Assembly: GCA_964413615.1 (NCBI GenBank) | Contig: CAYPSL010000002.1 | Location: 1-38,427 of the forward strand | DNA from: an uncultured Candidatus Saccharibacteria bacterium | Lineage (GTDB): Bacteria > Patescibacteriota > Andersenbacteria > UBA10190 | Length of the DNA: 38,427 nt | Direction: 5' to 3' | Shown: positions 34,978 to 38,427 of the stretch, piece by piece | How the letters are laid out: each line of letters starts with the position of its first letter | Numbering within the stretch: the first letter of the stretch is position 1 | The notes under the pieces: generated by a model | Database searches by the model: none | What the model was told of the DNA's origin: nothing | What the model saw: only the letters and a program-made list of their open reading frames with translations | Made by a program: the position numbers and the translations under genes

Positions 34978-35520
34978 CTAGAGAGGCCGCTCTCTTATAA
35001 TGATGCTCTTTATATAGTTTTTCACTTCTTTCATTGTCGGCATAATTGGCTCAACGGTAGCACGAAATGCGTGAATCCTCCACTTTGTCTCTGCTTGTTC
35101 AGTAGAAAAGAACATAAGATCAACAGATCTATCAACGTCCTGAAGTGCGGAAGTTAAGGGGATTTCAATCTCTTTTGTCTGAAAGCCTTCTGGATCAATT
35201 CCTTTTTCATATAAGCGATAAGGAGTGTAACTTAACCAGAACTCATTTTCCCGAACACCAATATCGAGAGTAGTGGAATCTTCTGGGTTAAATGAAATGG
35301 TAAGGGTTAATTTTTTTGCAAAAACATTTTCGCGTAAAAAAAGATCCGCGTGAGCCATTTCTTCGAGAATGACTATAGAGTCTTCAAACTTGGGGAAGGG
35401 AACACCGTGTATTGATTCTAGGGTTCCCAAGTCTCTCTCTCCTTGTTGAGCGATAGACCATCCAAATATCGCAAGGCAGATACATACGGTGCTAATACAG
35501 ATGCTCCAAAAAATTTTCAT
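34978..35520 (-). CDS. N-terminally anchored or secreted protein, unknown function
   Basis: 180 aa. A single N-terminal hydrophobic segment IFWSICISTVCICLAIFGWSI is followed by a hydrophilic domain. ATGA overlap with the upstream flippase gene. Confidence 0.5.
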   Translation of the reverse strand: MKIFWSICISTVCICLAIFGWSIAQQGERDLGTLESIHGVPFPKFEDSIVILEEMAHADLFLRENVFAKKLTLTISFNPEDSTTLDIGVRENEFWLSYTPYRLYEKGIDPEGFQTKEIEIPLTSALQDVDRSVDLMFFSTEQAETKWRIHAFRATVEPIMPTMKEVKNYIKSIIIRERPL

Positions 35521-36962
35521 ACCACTTTACTTTCTTTTTGCCGAAACGAAGTTATTGTCTCTATGTCTTTCTTTGTTACTTCGCCAAGTATCCAAAGCAT
35601 AGCAATATACACTAGGCCAAGCACTGCATATTGAATGGGGAGCATGAGAGAGCTGGCTTTCCATATATAGGTAGGGGCTACCATTATCGCGCTGGCAATA
35701 ATAATATGGAGCGTACTTTGTATTGGATATGGAATTTTAAACGTTCTAAATGTGTATATTGCAAGAGCTGCAAGACCAGTAAGCGAGGCTACTGTTGTTT
35801 GCCACGCAGCTCCGACTGCTCCAAAGGCAGGAATTGTGATTGTTCCAACTATTGCACTTATGCCTATCATTGCCCCGGTAATGTAAAGGGCTACATGAGC
35901 TTTTCCGGCTCCAGCCACAATATTCGCAAGAAGCAAATAAAACGACAATGCGCCAAGGCCGATCATAAGCACAGTGAGAACGGGAGCTGCTGGGGCATAG
36001 CTTGCAGAGAAGAATAAAATGATAAGCTCCTTGCTCGTGGCAGAAGCGAGAACAACGCTTGGGAGAATAAGGGCTATTAAGTATCGAAGAGCATCGCGAA
36101 TAAAGCCCACCGCCTTGTCATGAGATTCTCCGGGGCGTGTTAATGCTGCCACGCTTGGAAGTAGTACAAACGCGAGCCCTTGGAGAAGCATGTAGGAAAT
36201 TCTAGATAAAGAAACCGCCGCATTGTAATACCCGGCCAAAATATCATCTTTTAAAATAGCCTTTACCATAAATAGATCCAGGCTCATTAATATCTGTAAT
36301 CCAACCAATATGACTGCATAGGTTCCTGCAAACGAAAGAAAGGACTTGAGCGGTATTACGTATGGCTTACTTCCTCCAATTGACCGTGTCCAATACCAAC
36401 CGAATGATGCTGCGATAATTCCACCAACCGCAAAGCCTGCAAGTGCTCCATATAGGCTAAATAGATATATAAGTGAAATTGCTCCTACTAACTTTGCTAC
36501 TGCATACAAGGAAGTAAGCATTGCCTGCTTGGTGAATTGATGCATTCCGCTTAAAAACTGCACATAAATAGGGAATAATCCTTGCAGGAAAATAACTCCA
36601 CCTATAAACATTAAATACGTAGAAAGAGAAGAGTCGTTCAATATATAAGCAATGCCCGGAGCCAAAAGGACTACGGTAGTCGCGAGACACAAACCGATAA
36701 CCATCTGAATTCGAAGGGCTTGTTTTAAGATATATTGCGCATGAGCCGTATTTTGGGCAACAAACTTAGAAACTGCGCTTGGTACCCCAAGGGTAAGTAA
36801 AATCCCAAAAATTGTTTGCACGGATAGAACTACTCCATACACTCCGTATTGCGCAGGGCCCAAAAGGCGCCCAATCCATGGATGAATAATGTATCCCAAA
36901 AAAAGAACTACGGCCTGTGCCAGGGTAAGCGCTATTGCTCCTGTGAGTTTGGATTGCTTCAT
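35517..36962 (-). CDS. Wzx-like oligosaccharide/polysaccharide flippase (MOP superfamily)
   Basis: The track start is TTG 37001; ATG 36962 (MKQSKLTGAIALTLAQ) is preferred because it avoids overlapping the upstream gene. 481 aa and polytopic. GRLLGPAQYGVYGVVLSVQTIFGILLTLGVPSAVSKFVAQ is typical of polysaccharide-biosynthesis flippases. Confidence 0.7.
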   Translation of the reverse strand: MKQSKLTGAIALTLAQAVVLFLGYIIHPWIGRLLGPAQYGVYGVVLSVQTIFGILLTLGVPSAVSKFVAQNTAHAQYILKQALRIQMVIGLCLATTVVLLAPGIAYILNDSSLSTYLMFIGGVIFLQGLFPIYVQFLSGMHQFTKQAMLTSLYAVAKLVGAISLIYLFSLYGALAGFAVGGIIAASFGWYWTRSIGGSKPYVIPLKSFLSFAGTYAVILVGLQILMSLDLFMVKAILKDDILAGYYNAAVSLSRISYMLLQGLAFVLLPSVAALTRPGESHDKAVGFIRDALRYLIALILPSVVLASATSKELIILFFSASYAPAAPVLTVLMIGLGALSFYLLLANIVAGAGKAHVALYITGAMIGISAIVGTITIPAFGAVGAAWQTTVASLTGLAALAIYTFRTFKIPYPIQSTLHIIIASAIMVAPTYIWKASSLMLPIQYAVLGLVYIAMLWILGEVTKKDIETITSFRQKESKVV

Positions 36963-36969
36963 AGATATA

Positions 36970-38406
36970 TTATGGAACAAGTGAGGGGCCGAGCGCCACA
37001 AGATCGATTCCTACAAGTTCTGAATTAGGATTAAGAATAGAAAGCGATACAAAGCCTCTCTCATCAATGTGTACCATGCTTTGAGGTAATTCAACCGTTA
37101 TATCAGAGGAATAGGGAAGGGGTAATACTTCTCCTGAAGAGGTGAGTAGCATTAGGTTTTGTATCGGTTTTATGAGACGGAGCATAAGAGTTACTGTAGT
37201 TTCTGGCCTTCCTACATCGCTTGGGTCCCATAAAACTCTTACATAATCTCCCACATTAAACGAAAGGGGGATAATTGGCGACGCAGTCTCCCTGTATGTA
37301 CTATTTTCCGTTACGAGCGGTTCGGATAAGCGCGGACTTTGAAGGCTCGCTGGCAAGTGCTCAAAAGTATCCATTCCATCTCCGATATCATTGGCAAGTG
37401 TAGTCGATCGCATAAGGAAAGCACATGCTGGCTTTTGAAAACAATTACTGTCGCCTGTATTTTTTACAGCAAATATCGTTGCATCATCAGCAATTGCAAT
37501 CGGATGTAGTAAAGGATTACGAGAAAGCCCTGGTACCGATGTCGTGGAAGTCCCTACTATATATCCAATCGAGTTTCGAGATAGAAGAGGGGCAATTTCG
37601 GGTAAGCTTGCAAGGTTTATTATCTTTTCATAATCAAGCTGACGAATATAGAGGTCTTTTCTTAACGGAGATTGATTTGATTCCTCCATTTGACGCTCAA
37701 GATCGGAAGCAATCCGAGTAAACATTGGCTTGCCGGAAAGAACAAGCCAAGAGGCGCTTCTTCTACTATAATCATCTATCAAAACAGCAGAATTTTCTGA
37801 TTCGGCTTTCAGTTGCTCAATAGCGCCTAGCTGCTCTCCAGTGAGCGTAGAATTTGTTCGCACAGTGTGAGAAAGTGACCCATAGGCGAATTGCGTAGAG
37901 TTAAAAGCAATACTGCACACAGCAAATATTATGCTTCCCTGAGCAAAGATTTTTGCATATCCATGATATGTACGTCCTGCAACAAAAAAGAGCTTTGAAA
38001 TAAAATACGCTCCCGCAACAGAGAGCGGTATCGCTAAATAAAATAATGCCCGAACAGGTGGGATGTCTATCCCAATAGCAGGCCCCTGTGAAAGAAGAAG
38101 AAGCATAAAAATACCCGCAACAAACGAAACGACTTGCCGCCTATGCGCATCTTTTCTTCGAGCCTCAACAAACATAAGAAGCGCCCCAGATATACCTATA
38201 AAAAACCATCCCGCTCCCATAAGTGCAGGGTATTCCATTATTGTCGGGAGGGAGGATAGTAAATGTGGCGTTGTTGTAAATATAGAGGGTATTTTTTCTC
38301 CTAGGCCAAGAGATAACGCAATAGCAAGCGCCACAGCACAGAGTATTCCTAGTGATCCGGAAAGAACCGCGTGGTCTCTTGCTGCAAGAATAATATTAAT
38401 CCGCAT
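36970..38406 (-). CDS. Membrane protein with about 5-6 N-terminal TM spans and a C-terminal extracytoplasmic domain of about 290 aa; unknown function (possibly GT-C related)
   Basis: 478 aa and the first gene of the long minus-strand array. No diagnostic motif recognised. Confidence 0.45.
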   Translation of the reverse strand: MRINIILAARDHAVLSGSLGILCAVALAIALSLGLGEKIPSIFTTTPHLLSSLPTIMEYPALMGAGWFFIGISGALLMFVEARRKDAHRRQVVSFVAGIFMLLLLSQGPAIGIDIPPVRALFYLAIPLSVAGAYFISKLFFVAGRTYHGYAKIFAQGSIIFAVCSIAFNSTQFAYGSLSHTVRTNSTLTGEQLGAIEQLKAESENSAVLIDDYSRRSASWLVLSGKPMFTRIASDLERQMEESNQSPLRKDLYIRQLDYEKIINLASLPEIAPLLSRNSIGYIVGTSTTSVPGLSRNPLLHPIAIADDATIFAVKNTGDSNCFQKPACAFLMRSTTLANDIGDGMDTFEHLPASLQSPRLSEPLVTENSTYRETASPIIPLSFNVGDYVRVLWDPSDVGRPETTVTLMLRLIKPIQNLMLLTSSGEVLPLPYSSDITVELPQSMVHIDERGFVSLSILNPNSELVGIDLVALGPSLVP

Positions 38407-38427
38407 CTTAATTGATTCAGCTATTAT

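Noticed and set aside
1-38427. Looked for tRNA, rRNA, CRISPR repeats, transposase or integrase genes, terminal inverted repeats, prophage or defence-system genes (nucleases, ATPases, toxin-antitoxin pairs).
   Set aside because: Intergenic space is at most about 80 nt everywhere. No regularly spaced repeats were found, and no ORF has recombinase, nuclease or P-loop ATPase motifs. The window appears to be purely glycan-biosynthetic.

Overview
Bacterial, extremely gene-dense window with about 35 CDS and almost no intergenic DNA. It uses the standard code, with TGA, TAA and TAG all serving as stops. There are 11 ATGA start/stop overlaps and few Shine-Dalgarno-like sequences. I saw no rRNA, tRNA, CRISPR array, transposase or integrase. 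Essentially the whole 38 kb reads as one glycan-assembly super-cluster. Transferases: six GT4 (one interrupted by an in-frame TGA), two generic GT2, two Dpm1/Ppm1-type polyprenyl-phosphate-sugar synthases, two GT9-like proteins and two unassignable GT-B-like proteins. Membrane components: at least seven large polytopic GT-C-like proteins (GT39/PMT-ArnT-like and YfhO-like), a MurJ-like flippase and a Wzx-like flippase. Tailoring enzymes: three small class I SAM methyltransferases, two zinc-ribbon TylCIII-type (C-)methyltransferases, an extended-SDR epimerase/dehydratase and a CE4 deacetylase. Transcription units by orientation: 1..300(-), 361..1083(+), 1093..3916(-), 3995..4711(+), 4714..6018(-), 6042..19061(+, 11 genes), 19053..21344(-), 21417..22637(+), 22622..38406(-, 15 genes). 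Main hypothesis: a two-compartment pathway for a complex, probably methylated, surface glycan, lipoglycan or protein glycan. Cytoplasmic GT4/GT2/GT9 steps would be followed by flipping, then extracytoplasmic extension by GT-C enzymes fed by polyprenyl-phosphate sugars. No priming phosphoglycosyltransferase, nucleotidyltransferase or Wzy/ligase is recognisable. Smaller observations: an in-frame TGA in a GT4 gene just upstream of its EX7E motif, -10-like hexamers 6-9 nt from start codons (leaderless-like), shared promoter-proximal 11- and 12-mers, a bidirectional terminator hairpin containing both stop codons, convergent 3' gene overlaps, and sense-strand A8 tracts. All family calls come from motif recognition by eye; no searches were run. 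Lineage cannot be established. The compactness and weak SD usage would fit a small-genome uncultivated bacterium, but that is a guess.
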